Assembly: GCA_963701095.1 (NCBI GenBank)
Contig: OY969564.1
Location: 2,304,001-2,368,000 of the forward strand
DNA from: an uncultured Methanoregulaceae archaeon
Lineage (GTDB): Archaea; Halobacteriota; Methanomicrobia; Methanomicrobiales; Methanospirillaceae
DNA: 64,000 bases
Direction: 5' to 3'
This document shows positions 41,560 through 52,328 of the stretch, in pieces (positions within the stretch are counted from its first letter, which is position 1; each line of letters opens with the position of its first letter). Both the position numbers and the translations under genes were made by a program. Below the pieces are notes generated by a model, which searched no databases, was not told where the DNA came from, and worked only from the letters and a program-made list of their open reading frames with translations.

Positions 41560-42714
41560 ATGGGATCATTCGATCTCGAAAATTTAAAGACTATCAATAC
41601 GATTATTGAGCGGGATAGCAAGGACACGACCTATAAGTTTGCCCTGTTACGCGGTGTTATCGAGATCTCGCAGGAATACCAGCACCTGGTAAAGGAATCC
41701 GGGGATAGTGTTTCGCTTCCTCTTGGTCTTCTCATTGAGAAATGGCTTTTGTACTATTATCCTGTCATTGAAAGCCAGGCATTTTTACCCCAACTGCATG
41801 GCGAGAAACCGGATTCTTTCCACAAGAGGATATCCTTCCGGCCGCTGTTCAGGGAAGTGACGGATTATTATGCAGGAAAGGGCGGCTTTTCGGCCTTCTA
41901 TAATGACTATGTGAATGGGTCCCTTGCTCCTGAAATTTCACCGGCTGTTTATGCATTGATTGCAAAAATCAGGACAACGATAACCACTATGCCTATGAAA
42001 CATCTCGGCCGCTCGCAGGGACACCGGGATTACTCTGTTTTTTCGTACAACAGGGATGCCCGCCGGATTCCCGCCGGGATGCCTGTTGGCCAGGAATCGG
42101 TTGTGCAATATTCCGGGACATTTTCTTTCCGGAAGGACCTTTTCCTGGTATTCCAGTACCTGGGCAGTTTCATCTCCGGTGATGATTCGCTGGTATACCA
42201 ATGGGCTGAGTTTACGCGTAAGGCAAGCGGGGGCACCCTTGCTGTTGCTGCGGTTATGGAAACATTGCGGACTATGCCGGAAACCGAAAGGGCGGTGAGC
42301 GAGGCCCGGCAGGTCTATACCCAGTTGTACCAGAACTATCACCATCTTGCATGCGTGTGGTCCGGGAAGCCGATCACGGATATGGGGCTGCTTCATGTGG
42401 ACCATATGATCCCGTTCTCGGTCTGGAAGAACAACAATCTCTGGAATTTGATGCCAGCATATGAGAGTATTAATGCAAAAAAACGGGATATGATTCCTTC
42501 ACCGGAATTTATTGAAAAAAGAGCGGATGCCATTGTCACGAACTGGAACAGTATGTACAAGGTCTATCCCAAACGGTTCTTGCGGGAGATTAATCTCGCC
42601 CTGGTCGGTTTGCCGGAGCAATCTTCTGGCTGGCAGGATGTAGCTTTGGAACGGCTCGGTGAAAAATGCGCATATCTGATTGATGTCCGGGGGTTTGATG
42701 CATGGCGCCTGTGA
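41560..42714 (+). CDS. HNH endonuclease domain protein
   Basis: N-terminal TYKFALL; CVWSG..HVDHMIPFS..NNLWNL....IN..K.D. Confidence 0.85.
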   Translation: MGSFDLENLKTINTIIERDSKDTTYKFALLRGVIEISQEYQHLVKESGDSVSLPLGLLIEKWLLYYYPVIESQAFLPQLHGEKPDSFHKRISFRPLFREVTDYYAGKGGFSAFYNDYVNGSLAPEISPAVYALIAKIRTTITTMPMKHLGRSQGHRDYSVFSYNRDARRIPAGMPVGQESVVQYSGTFSFRKDLFLVFQYLGSFISGDDSLVYQWAEFTRKASGGTLAVAAVMETLRTMPETERAVSEARQVYTQLYQNYHHLACVWSGKPITDMGLLHVDHMIPFSVWKNNNLWNLMPAYESINAKKRDMIPSPEFIEKRADAIVTNWNSMYKVYPKRFLREINLALVGLPEQSSGWQDVALERLGEKCAYLIDVRGFDAWRL

Positions 42715-43079
42715 AATGTCCTTTCTGTAATCCGCTGGCTGAAGATATTGTCGCACGTAACGATCTCTGCTATGTCCGCTGGGACATATTCCCGGTGAGT
42801 AAGGGGCATTTACTGATTATTCCGTTCCGGCATGTACCGGATTTCTTTTTATTAACTATTGAAGAGAAACAGGCGATGGTTGCTTTGGTTGATGTGTGCA
42901 AGGGTGTTATCGAGGAAAATTTCCAACCGGCTGGGTACAACATCGGGATAAATATTGGCGCAGCAGCCGGGCAGACCGTGATGCACTGCCATTGCCATAT
43001 GATCCCCCGGTATGCCGGGGATGTCCGGAATGCACGGGGTGGGATACGTGGAGTTGTGCCGGGGAAGAGGGAGTATTGA
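42702..43079 (+). CDS. HIT family nucleotide hydrolase (paralog of 39653-40030)
   Basis: HCHCH triad; near-identical to first copy. Confidence 0.93.
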   Translation: MAPVKCPFCNPLAEDIVARNDLCYVRWDIFPVSKGHLLIIPFRHVPDFFLLTIEEKQAMVALVDVCKGVIEENFQPAGYNIGINIGAAAGQTVMHCHCHMIPRYAGDVRNARGGIRGVVPGKREY

Positions 43080-43096
43080 GGGGGATTTTTTTAGAG

Positions 43097-43133
43097 GACG
43101 CTCATCGGGGCTCCGTCCCTTGCCGCGTGGGCT
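43097..43133 (+). repeat. dispersed structured repeat, copy 5
   Basis: GACGCTCATCGGGGCTCCGTCCCTTGCCGCGTGGGCT. Confidence 0.8.
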
Positions 43134-43191
43134 AATTCGGGAGAATAAAAATTAGATAATTATTAACGGCTCTAACTTGTGATATTAAATA

Positions 43192-43605
43192 ATGACTGAT
43201 GTCTTGACCAAAGAGCAGCGGACATTTAATATGTCAAAGATCCGGGGAAAAAATACCGGACCTGAGATCAAATTAAGAAAAATGCTCTGGTCACAGGGCA
43301 TCCGAGGCTATCGCATCCACTATATACTGCTAGGCAAACCCGATATCGTCTTCACAAAAAAGAAAATCGCAATTTTTGTTGATGGCTGCTTCTGGCACAA
43401 GTGTCCAGTCTGCTTTCAGGCTCCTGAAACCCGAAAAGAATTCTGGATGAAAAAGATCCAGTCAAATGTCGACCGCGATAAAAAAATTAATGATAAGTTA
43501 CAGATTGACGGATGGACCGTAATTAGAATATGGGAGCATGAAATCCGGAAAGAACCTGAAATAGTGATTAAAAAATTAATCAAGAAAATGTCGATATCAG
43601 CTTGA
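43192..43605 (+). CDS. vsr: very short patch repair endonuclease
   Basis: R..NMSKI.GKNT.PE, GKPD, FVDGCFWH, IWEHE. Confidence 0.95.
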   Translation: MTDVLTKEQRTFNMSKIRGKNTGPEIKLRKMLWSQGIRGYRIHYILLGKPDIVFTKKKIAIFVDGCFWHKCPVCFQAPETRKEFWMKKIQSNVDRDKKINDKLQIDGWTVIRIWEHEIRKEPEIVIKKLIKKMSISA

Positions 43606-43629
43606 CATGATTAATTATACCTTTAATCT

Positions 43630-45594
43630 TTAAATTTCCTCATCGCTATCATCGCCGCCGGACTTGCAAATATCGAGGTCTTCTCCTTGAGTTTTATCAT
43701 TTTCTAGGACAGTATCCTCTTCAAGAAGATATTTAATGTCCGGAATTATTGGATTTCCTGCTTTTCCAAAATATTCATCCCGTGTTTTAACAGATTCTTC
43801 ACTGATTAGCTCTTTTTTTAATGATTCCGGGATATCTATCCGGATTTTTTGGACCGATTTCCAGCATTCTTTCTTTTTACACCATTCGGAAATATTTCTT
43901 GATCCCGAAGGACCTTCGGTAATTGTGTTTCTGACTTCCGATGCCAGCTGACCAATAAATTTCTGAAGGGCAGGTGACAGATCCTGCTCCTTCCAGATTT
44001 TTTCAAGATCAATTCGTTTATTGGTCAATTTTGAAAGAATTGCAATAGTATAGGTCACATAATTTCCCTTGTATGGCCCGAAGTCCAGTTTCTTAATAAT
44101 TCCATCCGTTTTTTTGAACAAAATCGCTTTGGCTACAAGAAGCGAGAAGTAATACTTGTCGGGAATCTGAAGCGGACCTTTTTTTTGCTTTAATACAAAG
44201 GCACGGAAATTTTTCTGACTCCCAAGACTGACTATGTCAGGCATCTGATCCCACGAATTTTCATATTTTGCCAGATCTGTTTTTGTAAATCTCTGATGTG
44301 TCGGATTTTTGTCAGAAAAAATTGCTTTCAACTTCGGGGTCCTTTCTCTTTCTTTATCCACCTGATATTGCCCCCGTGCACGTTCATAGTACCAGTGCGT
44401 GTCCTGCTGACTCCCCTTTTTTGCAGGAGCCAAGACAGAACGGGACATTTTCTGGATTTCAATATGGAATTCTTCATTGGATACAAAATCCGATTCAGAG
44501 ATCCTATTCTGACTGTTAGCATATTGAGTGATTTTCGGGACGATAAATTTCATGTCGTTCTGATTTTTCAGAACTGTTAATTTGACCTGAACGAGAACTT
44601 CAGATATGTCACATTTTTCCTTAAAATAGGTATAGTGAATTGCTGCAGTAGTCTGACCGCCATTAACAATCTGAAAATCCCTGATCCAAGAAATGCCGGG
44701 AATACCGCAACTATTCTTTTCCAGTTTGACACACTCAGCAGTTGTCGAAATTCCGTTATTATATGCAAGGAACATGCAAGGTTCATTATGGATAGTTTCG
44801 CGGATTCCTTTGTTCACCTTTCCCTTCATTTGCAGGAATACCCGGATATTCCTTTCAAGAAGCTTTGGCCCGTATTTTCCATATAATTCGGCAACCATTT
44901 TTCCCGGCATTATTGCCAAGTATGATGTGTACCGGGGATTCTCGTTAGGCATTTCAAGACAGGTAAGAGGCGCCCCAAAATCCTTTATAAAATCTATCTC
45001 TATTGGTTCGGGCCGATTTCCTGAACTAGCAAGCCCGAACAATCGCTTTAAATCCCATATCTGATAAGAAATTCTGATTCCGTCTTCATTATCATCAGGA
45101 ATGGGCTCCGGTTTTACAATCCCATCTGTAATGATAAACAGATTTACACCAACGATATTTTCCCTGTTATTATAGATTGTATCGGCAAGATCAAATGCCG
45201 GATTTGATTCTTCAATTTTACCATATTTTTTATTAAGTGCGTTGGAAAGAAAGGTCCTGATCTTTTTGATATATGAATTGATATCAGATTTTGTTACCGG
45301 AATCCGGGAATATTCATTTGTGTAAACTGAAATGAAGAGATCAAAAAAAATCCCCTCTTTGTCACCATTGTTTTGAGTATTAAGGTTACTGTTATACGCA
45401 TTAATTTTGAAGCCTTTTCCTTCTAGGCGGCACAGAATATAATCTTCAATCACTGCAATATCTGTAAGATAATCAAGAAACTTTTCTGTGAACTGCTCTT
45501 CCATGAATGCTTCTGATTCGGGATCTTGGGCTGCATCAATAACATCCCGCTGAAAATTCTCGGCAAATTGTTCAAAATCACTCTCGTTGGTCAC
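43630..45594 (-). CDS. AIPR family protein
   Basis: LLERNIR.FL, F.AYNNGI, QIVNGGQT, ANSQN, YERARGQY. Confidence 0.92.
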   Translation of the reverse strand: MTNESDFEQFAENFQRDVIDAAQDPESEAFMEEQFTEKFLDYLTDIAVIEDYILCRLEGKGFKINAYNSNLNTQNNGDKEGIFFDLFISVYTNEYSRIPVTKSDINSYIKKIRTFLSNALNKKYGKIEESNPAFDLADTIYNNRENIVGVNLFIITDGIVKPEPIPDDNEDGIRISYQIWDLKRLFGLASSGNRPEPIEIDFIKDFGAPLTCLEMPNENPRYTSYLAIMPGKMVAELYGKYGPKLLERNIRVFLQMKGKVNKGIRETIHNEPCMFLAYNNGISTTAECVKLEKNSCGIPGISWIRDFQIVNGGQTTAAIHYTYFKEKCDISEVLVQVKLTVLKNQNDMKFIVPKITQYANSQNRISESDFVSNEEFHIEIQKMSRSVLAPAKKGSQQDTHWYYERARGQYQVDKERERTPKLKAIFSDKNPTHQRFTKTDLAKYENSWDQMPDIVSLGSQKNFRAFVLKQKKGPLQIPDKYYFSLLVAKAILFKKTDGIIKKLDFGPYKGNYVTYTIAILSKLTNKRIDLEKIWKEQDLSPALQKFIGQLASEVRNTITEGPSGSRNISEWCKKKECWKSVQKIRIDIPESLKKELISEESVKTRDEYFGKAGNPIIPDIKYLLEEDTVLENDKTQGEDLDICKSGGDDSDEEI

Positions 45595-46612
45595 ACAGAT
45601 CCCTCCCTAAACCTGACAAAAAATCTGCCTCGCTCACTCTAAATGGAATACACGAAGACAAATCAATGGTATAATGCACATCTCCCACTCCATTTCTCAA
45701 ATCATTTTCAATAATCCGGGGAAACTCATTTTTAACCAGAAAAATATGGATATCCCTGTCAACATAACCACGGGAATCATATTTTATCCTCTGTTTGTCG
45801 ATATATCCGGCTTTAAACAATTGCATCTCAAATTCGTGAACCGGACCTTTTTGTAAAGCAATCTGATTTCGGATTTGATCAATAATTGCAGGAAGTGTTT
45901 CCCCGGTTTCATTTACTTCATGAAGAGAAAGATGATAGATATAGAGTACATTTAATCCTGTATCATCCAGTTGCTGTTCACTGGCAATGGGAATTTTCTG
46001 GTGTTGTTTGGCAATATTTGTTTTCACTTCAACACCTATGCCGGATATCAGGAAATCCTGATTTCCTTTTGAAGGACCTTTCCATGCACGAATGGCTTTT
46101 TCAATTCCAATTCTCGGAAAAAGAATGTCCCGTAAAAACCTCATTTCCCCGTACAGACCCCGCTGATATTCGGGGCTTAAACCCTGCGATCCGAAAACAT
46201 CAAGAAAATGATGCCACATCAACAGACGTTCTATTATTCCTCGGACCATTTGCTTCTGATTCTTTTCCGAATTTGCTGTTTGATAAATATCTTCACAAAG
46301 CGTTGAAAAAATATCGGTAAAGGTCGGATCATTCAGAATAAAACCAACAATTAATGATCCTGGATTGTCATCGTGAAAATTCACGGGGGAAATATCAAAA
46401 CCCCGTAATTGAGGTAACGACCGGAATTCAGCGTAATTATGTTTTTCAACCCGAATGAGGAGCATTCTACGGTTTGCAGGTTTTTCATAACCAAGAAAAA
46501 TGTCATGAGATATATCGGGTGATATTCTTCGGATAATTATCCCATTTTCATCTTCGTTCGCGGATGACTCTTCCAGAATTTTCCAGATTGGATCAAATTT
46601 TTCAGCTGTCAA
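45578..46612 (-). CDS. PD-(D/E)xK motif protein (DUF4420-type)
   Basis: GLYGE, W.GP....QDF....VEVK, I.SE.QL. Confidence 0.85.
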   Translation of the reverse strand: MTAEKFDPIWKILEESSANEDENGIIIRRISPDISHDIFLGYEKPANRRMLLIRVEKHNYAEFRSLPQLRGFDISPVNFHDDNPGSLIVGFILNDPTFTDIFSTLCEDIYQTANSEKNQKQMVRGIIERLLMWHHFLDVFGSQGLSPEYQRGLYGEMRFLRDILFPRIGIEKAIRAWKGPSKGNQDFLISGIGVEVKTNIAKQHQKIPIASEQQLDDTGLNVLYIYHLSLHEVNETGETLPAIIDQIRNQIALQKGPVHEFEMQLFKAGYIDKQRIKYDSRGYVDRDIHIFLVKNEFPRIIENDLRNGVGDVHYTIDLSSCIPFRVSEADFLSGLGRDLCDQRE

Positions 46613-49346
46613 ATTCCTGCTCCCAATAAATGTTATTTACTTTATATGTGATTTTGACTGCTTTTTTGCTATCCGGGAAACTGAATGCAAGACCTATTAC
46701 AGGAATTTTTACATCAACTTTCAGCGGTTTTGGATCCAATGGATAAATTAGCAGAAGACCTCTTGTCGGGGGCCGTGCCGCTCGAATATAAGGTCCGCTT
46801 GGAATTGTTTTTTCATTAAATTCTTTATCGGTTCTATCTGGATCATTTTTCATCAACTCCAAGGCGAGTTTGTATTCCTCGTTTGTTAAATCAATAGATT
46901 CATGCCGTGGGCTGATGATTTGCGCCTTTTGCAGTATATAATTTTCATCTCTTTCGGTCAGACCTATAGTGTGACAATTGAAGTTGTATACATTTGCAGC
47001 TTTTTGTCGGCTAATCAGTGCAATAGTCCAAGATTTCAGTTCTCCAACTTCATTTTGCTTCTGAATATACTGGCGTATTAAATCCGGCCGTATTGTTTTC
47101 GAAAAAAACTGATACTCGTCAAGAATCTGAAAAATAATTTCTGAATTTATACCACTCCAGATTGGCGTATCACCCTTCATTGTTGAAGTGGTTCCCATTT
47201 TTTTAACAATATTTTCGATGCAGTTCAGATTATTCTCCAGAGTCATTGGGTCTTTGCTGAAAGATGTGGTCTGGGGTTTTGAATTCGAAAATGTACACTG
47301 CATTTCAGTACCGGATCTCATTTTGTTCACCGCAGTGATTTTCAGACCTTCCGGATGAGTTCTCACTCGGAGCCCATAATCCGCGGGGGTCGCTTTCAGG
47401 GATGCCATATAATCGAATTCATTTCGTAAGTCTTCCGAGGCCATGTTGATAAATGAATACCATTCAACAAGTTCATGTGAGGTATAGAGCCGGCATAAAT
47501 CAATATATCCCGGCCTGAATCCGAACCATCGTCCCATCTGCATCAAGGTATCGTACATTCGTGAAGCACGGAGATAGTAACTAACTGTGAGCCCTTCGAG
47601 TGTGAGACCGCGGGATAATTTATCTCCCCCGATTGCAATGATACTGATACCGTCCGGATTATCCTTGTAATCAAGGGCATCTTTAGCCGTTCCGTTAATT
47701 ATTTTTATTCGGATTTTTGCAGCAGCTGCATAAAGATTTGATTTTACTGAAGCCCAGTCAACATTCGTGAGAAGTGGATCATCTATGCGCCGGGTGATAT
47801 CCGCTGTTGTTGGTACATAGTCTTCCCGCCAGAGGTTTTCCATCTCCCGGTAAATGCTTGTTTCTGAGTCCGGGTTCTCATATTCTAACCGGCGTCTTTG
47901 GGCTGTAAGTTCAACACTAATGAGAGCTGCAAGTTTGTCCTGTACGGATATGTATCGTGTAACATGCACAAGCATAGAGTTATGACATCTTGTCTCGCCA
48001 CGAGATTTTCTAGCAGCACATGAAATAATGAACGCATTAATCGCTCTCTTTAGAGATTCTGGTAATTCTTCTGGATTGAAAAATTTTGTGTGTTTATCCG
48101 GTATTAATGTCTCATAATCTCGGATAATACGGATAATGGGTAACCCCGCTTCTTTTTCGGAATCCGGGTCATCGTCCTGTGTAAAGCCAAAAATTTGTGA
48201 AGGCCCCACATAATTAGGAGGAGGAGGAAGGTTGATTATAAAATCTCTTGGGAAAAGATCCTCACCATGCGTTGTTGTCTCTCCATCAGGATAAATAAAA
48301 ATATTTGCGAACGGCGTTGCCGTATATCCAACATAAGCACTTTTTTCGAAATGATGCAATAGCTCACGGATTTTTCCGTTGATTGCGCTGACATCATAAT
48401 CGGGGAGAGGACGATCGTTTTCATCACGTGGGATAGGATTCGTATTCACTGACGCATTATCTGCTTCATCATCAATAACAAGCAAAGGGATATTCCGGAC
48501 AACAATTTTATCTGTGTTCGGATCTCTCTGACCTTTGACACTAATCGCCCATTTGATAAGATTTGCTAAAACCGATTTCTGTTTTTTTACAACAAGGATT
48601 ACTGGATCAGTACCCCCCGGCAATACTCCGACTTGTTGAGCCACTCTTTTATTAAAATCTCCATTATCTTCACTACTGGTGAGAGAACTGACTGCAAATA
48701 ATTCCTCGCCGGGCAGTTTTCCGACCCCTGTTCGCAGATTTTCCGTATCGAATTTTCTCCCACGTCTTGTATCAAATCCCAAAAAACCTTCGTCAAGACG
48801 AAGCTGGGTTTGGCTTCTGAGGCTTTTATGCATCCCTGCAAGGACAATAACAAGTTTATATCCTGCATCCGCAGCTTTGCAAATCAGACCCGTGTAGTTG
48901 GAAGTTTTTCCGGACTGAACCTGCCCGACTACCATCCCCCTACGATCCCATTCACCTTCACGGAGTGGATACTCGAGGAGTTCAAGAACCTTGTCAGTGA
49001 GTTCATCGATACGGATAATTGATGATTCATGAATCCCCTTTTCTTCCATCAGATAGCGCTGGTATCTATTCCAGAATTTCCATTTTATCTGACTTTTTCT
49101 GTCAGGGAGCCAAGCAATATGGGTTTTCTGATTATCTTCAAGAATCGTTGCCCGGCCTTTCCAAATTTCACAGCGGGATTCAATGTCCCGGATCAGATAT
49201 TCGATATCAAACGGCTCAAAATTTTTTTCCTCCTTGATCATTGAAAGGACACGTTCACATTTTTGCCGGATAATCTCTACTGTCGGTGTTTGCTCACTCT
49301 TGAGCATTATGAGAACGTGCTGTCTTGCTTGATCAATTGAAGACAT
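46602..49346 (-). CDS. Z1 domain-containing helicase-like protein
   Basis: GQVQSGKT, IDDEAD, YTATPFAN, LSRGLTLEGL, DTLMQMGRWFG. Confidence 0.92.
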   Translation of the reverse strand: MSSIDQARQHVLIMLKSEQTPTVEIIRQKCERVLSMIKEEKNFEPFDIEYLIRDIESRCEIWKGRATILEDNQKTHIAWLPDRKSQIKWKFWNRYQRYLMEEKGIHESSIIRIDELTDKVLELLEYPLREGEWDRRGMVVGQVQSGKTSNYTGLICKAADAGYKLVIVLAGMHKSLRSQTQLRLDEGFLGFDTRRGRKFDTENLRTGVGKLPGEELFAVSSLTSSEDNGDFNKRVAQQVGVLPGGTDPVILVVKKQKSVLANLIKWAISVKGQRDPNTDKIVVRNIPLLVIDDEADNASVNTNPIPRDENDRPLPDYDVSAINGKIRELLHHFEKSAYVGYTATPFANIFIYPDGETTTHGEDLFPRDFIINLPPPPNYVGPSQIFGFTQDDDPDSEKEAGLPIIRIIRDYETLIPDKHTKFFNPEELPESLKRAINAFIISCAARKSRGETRCHNSMLVHVTRYISVQDKLAALISVELTAQRRRLEYENPDSETSIYREMENLWREDYVPTTADITRRIDDPLLTNVDWASVKSNLYAAAAKIRIKIINGTAKDALDYKDNPDGISIIAIGGDKLSRGLTLEGLTVSYYLRASRMYDTLMQMGRWFGFRPGYIDLCRLYTSHELVEWYSFINMASEDLRNEFDYMASLKATPADYGLRVRTHPEGLKITAVNKMRSGTEMQCTFSNSKPQTTSFSKDPMTLENNLNCIENIVKKMGTTSTMKGDTPIWSGINSEIIFQILDEYQFFSKTIRPDLIRQYIQKQNEVGELKSWTIALISRQKAANVYNFNCHTIGLTERDENYILQKAQIISPRHESIDLTNEEYKLALELMKNDPDRTDKEFNEKTIPSGPYIRAARPPTRGLLLIYPLDPKPLKVDVKIPVIGLAFSFPDSKKAVKITYKVNNIYWEQEFDS

Positions 49347-50874
49347 TAAGTGGCCTCACTTTCTTTAAACTGCATGAATTCTGTCACATATTTGGGATAA
49401 TCGGAAAACGGTTCCATATGAATCAGCCGCAATTTTGCATTTTCCGGGGATATCCCCGTGTTAATCATCGAACTCCAGATCTCTTCCAAAACACTTTTCA
49501 ATTCATCAGAGGGAGCACCTTCAAATGGTCGCTGGATTTTATCCGGATTATTCGAGCCATTCATGATTATCAGAGGGACCGGGACTGTTTCCTCGATAAT
49601 CCGAAGCATTGCCTGGATTTTTTTTCTTGACACTCCGGAATTTTGGAGGATATCAGAAACTAATGGATGATCCCGGTTAATGGAATAATGATAGTTTCCA
49701 TGTAGGACTAATGTAGACCAAGGGAATGTGATAGAAGATTCACTGGTTCGTTCTGCAACTTTTCCTCGAAAACGGAACACAGATATCGCTTTATCAATCG
49801 TAAGACGGGAGATGCGCTGAAAATCATCCCTGATAAGATTCGGAGGTCTGGCAACGGACTTCTTGACATCAATTTTCCAGTCGCCATCAAGCGAATTGGG
49901 AATATCAACCATTATACGGGCTAATTTGGTAAATTGTTCTTTTCTGATTGGCTGTCCCTTCATGGATTCCAAACCCAGCCAGTCCCCCGGAACGATCAGA
50001 CGTTCATTGCGATAAATATAGAAACCCTGACGTTCGTTCCATCCCCCGGACCCCCGGCTAGTTCATAAGTCTCGTCATCAAGTTTTGAACGATGAGGTAA
50101 AACAAAGGGTTGGATAGTGATTTTTTTACTATTATAGAGAATATTCTCATGGGGCAGATGTTGCGTTGACGGGTGATTCGTCAGAAACGGATCCCAAGGC
50201 TTTATTTCCCTGCCGTTAAGAATGATTTTCAAACTACGGGGTTTGACAAGAAATCGATGAAAAACCATTTCGAGGTGCTTTTTCATGATGTCAAGCTGCG
50301 CTAAAAAATGATCCTTGTGTTTTTTATTCGTAGAATCTGTCCCTTTCGTTATTCTGTCCATCTTTTCCCATAGGACAATTGTTCCACATTTCATATCATC
50401 AAGAACAGAAAAAACCGGGGGAATATTTTCTTTATTAGGTTTAACGAGACGCCACTCCCCACATAAATTTACGTAATCCAGATCCCAGAAACGGATAACC
50501 GTTTCATTCCCTTCGGATTTTGATCCCACAGTAAGTTTCCGACATTGTGAAAACGATGCTGTTTTCAATCCAAGACCAAATCTCCCGAGGTCTTTGGCAT
50601 CTCTTTCTTGGAGGGGATTTTTGCTCCCGGGTCGCATCGCATTTTTCAGAGCATTTTCGGTCATTCCATGACCATCATCTCTGATAGAAATCGTGGAATT
50701 CTCCCCATCCCATGTACAATCAATCCAGATATTCTGTGCCTCGGCATAAATGCTGTTATCAATTACATCTGCAACGGAAGTCTCAAGATGATACCCATAT
50801 GCCCGAAGTGTTTCAATCATCGCACCGGCGTCAGGGGATACAATATCATAAAAATCGGAAAGGGTTGTATCCAT
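49346..50874 (-). CDS. MORC/MutL-like GHKL ATPase (apparent 1-nt frameshift ~50045)
   Basis: DVIDNS, DDGHGM, DLGRFGLGLKTASFS; restoring one G gives GGWNERQGFY into the 49346 ORF (W.IDVKKS). Confidence 0.9.
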
Positions 50875-50951
50875 TCAGATCATCACTATCGAGAGAGATT
50901 TTTTGTATATTGATAATTATAGTATGATCTGTATTATCTATTGTGTTTTAA

Positions 50952-52223
50952 TTATTCGGATGAGTTTAGCATTTTATATATTTTTTGGGCAATCCCCTCT
51001 GCCATCAATGGTGGAACAGCATTCCCTATCTGAACATATTTTGCAGATCGTGGTCCTTCAAAGAGATAATCATCAGGGAAAGACTGGATTCGTGCCGCTT
51101 CCCTTACCGTTAGTGATCGTGCTTGGGTTATATCGGGATGAATAAAATAATGACCATCTTTCGCTAGATGAGCAAGAATAGCATGAGAAACAGAATTTTT
51201 GTCTACCACCTTATATCGATCAAGAAATGCACCACGGTTTCGATGGGTTTTGAGTTCTTCCGGAAGATCATTATAATTTAATCTTTGACCGGATTTATCC
51301 CATTTTTTTATTACGATGCGATAAATTTCCCGATCTCTCTCGTTATGCCACCTTGCCTGATGATGGCGGACTTTACCGATTTCAGTTCTCATTTCTTTAT
51401 CGATTAGATATTTTGATTGGCGGCCTGTTCTGTAAGATTGTATACCATCATTGCCCTCACCGGCTTGGAGTCGGGGCAGATCAATGAGAAGATCTTTCAC
51501 TGTACCGGTATGTCTTTTACATGGAAATTCCGGATAACTGAAATCATCCTCTTTCCTCCAGCCAATGAAAATTATTCGCTGTCTGTCCTGCATCACTTCA
51601 AAATTTGATGCATTGAGAACATGAGCAGTTTTATCCAGATGATATCCGAGTCGGGAACATCCATTTATTACATCATTGAAAATAGTTCCTTTTTTCGCGC
51701 TGATGAGGCCGGGAACATTTTCAAAAATGAAAAGCCGTGGCTGAAACTCCTTTAAAAACTGATGATAATGCCGGTAAAGGTAATTTCTTGGATCATTCTC
51801 TGATTTCTTCCCGTTTTTTCCCCGACCAGCAAGAGAATAGGATTGACAGGGAGGCCCCCCGATAATGACATCAACATCAGATCGGTGATAACAGTTTTTC
51901 AGTGTCGATTTAAGATCTGCAATAATGGAATTATTTGCAGAATCTGATAACATTCTATTTATGACCCGTGGGGATTCGAACCCCTCCTCTTCTGACATTT
52001 GAATAAATTGCTCACGGTCAATTTCTCCCCGATAATATTGATTATAAAGAGCCGTTTTTCCGGCATCTTTGAGATTGTGATACAATATCCGAGTTTCCAG
52101 TGTATCGGCAGCATTTTTATCCATCTCGATGTGGCCTAGGAAATCAAAAGAATGCCGAACAAATCCTTCAGTTAGTCCCCCGCCTCCGGAGAACATATCG
52201 AGAACAAGAAACTTTGAAGGCAT
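50952..52223 (-). CDS. dcm: C5 DNA cytosine methyltransferase
   Basis: DMFSGGGG, GGPPCQ, FENV, Q.R.R, REAARIQSFP, QIGNAVPP. Confidence 0.95.
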   Translation of the reverse strand: MPSKFLVLDMFSGGGGLTEGFVRHSFDFLGHIEMDKNAADTLETRILYHNLKDAGKTALYNQYYRGEIDREQFIQMSEEEGFESPRVINRMLSDSANNSIIADLKSTLKNCYHRSDVDVIIGGPPCQSYSLAGRGKNGKKSENDPRNYLYRHYHQFLKEFQPRLFIFENVPGLISAKKGTIFNDVINGCSRLGYHLDKTAHVLNASNFEVMQDRQRIIFIGWRKEDDFSYPEFPCKRHTGTVKDLLIDLPRLQAGEGNDGIQSYRTGRQSKYLIDKEMRTEIGKVRHHQARWHNERDREIYRIVIKKWDKSGQRLNYNDLPEELKTHRNRGAFLDRYKVVDKNSVSHAILAHLAKDGHYFIHPDITQARSLTVREAARIQSFPDDYLFEGPRSAKYVQIGNAVPPLMAEGIAQKIYKMLNSSE

Positions 52224-52328
52224 TGTCTAGTTGTTTTTGCCAGGATTGATATTAATTGTGACTGTTTAAATTAATGGAAAAATCACTAACTGTGTTGTTA
52301 ATGTTCAGTGAAAGAGGATAATATTTGG

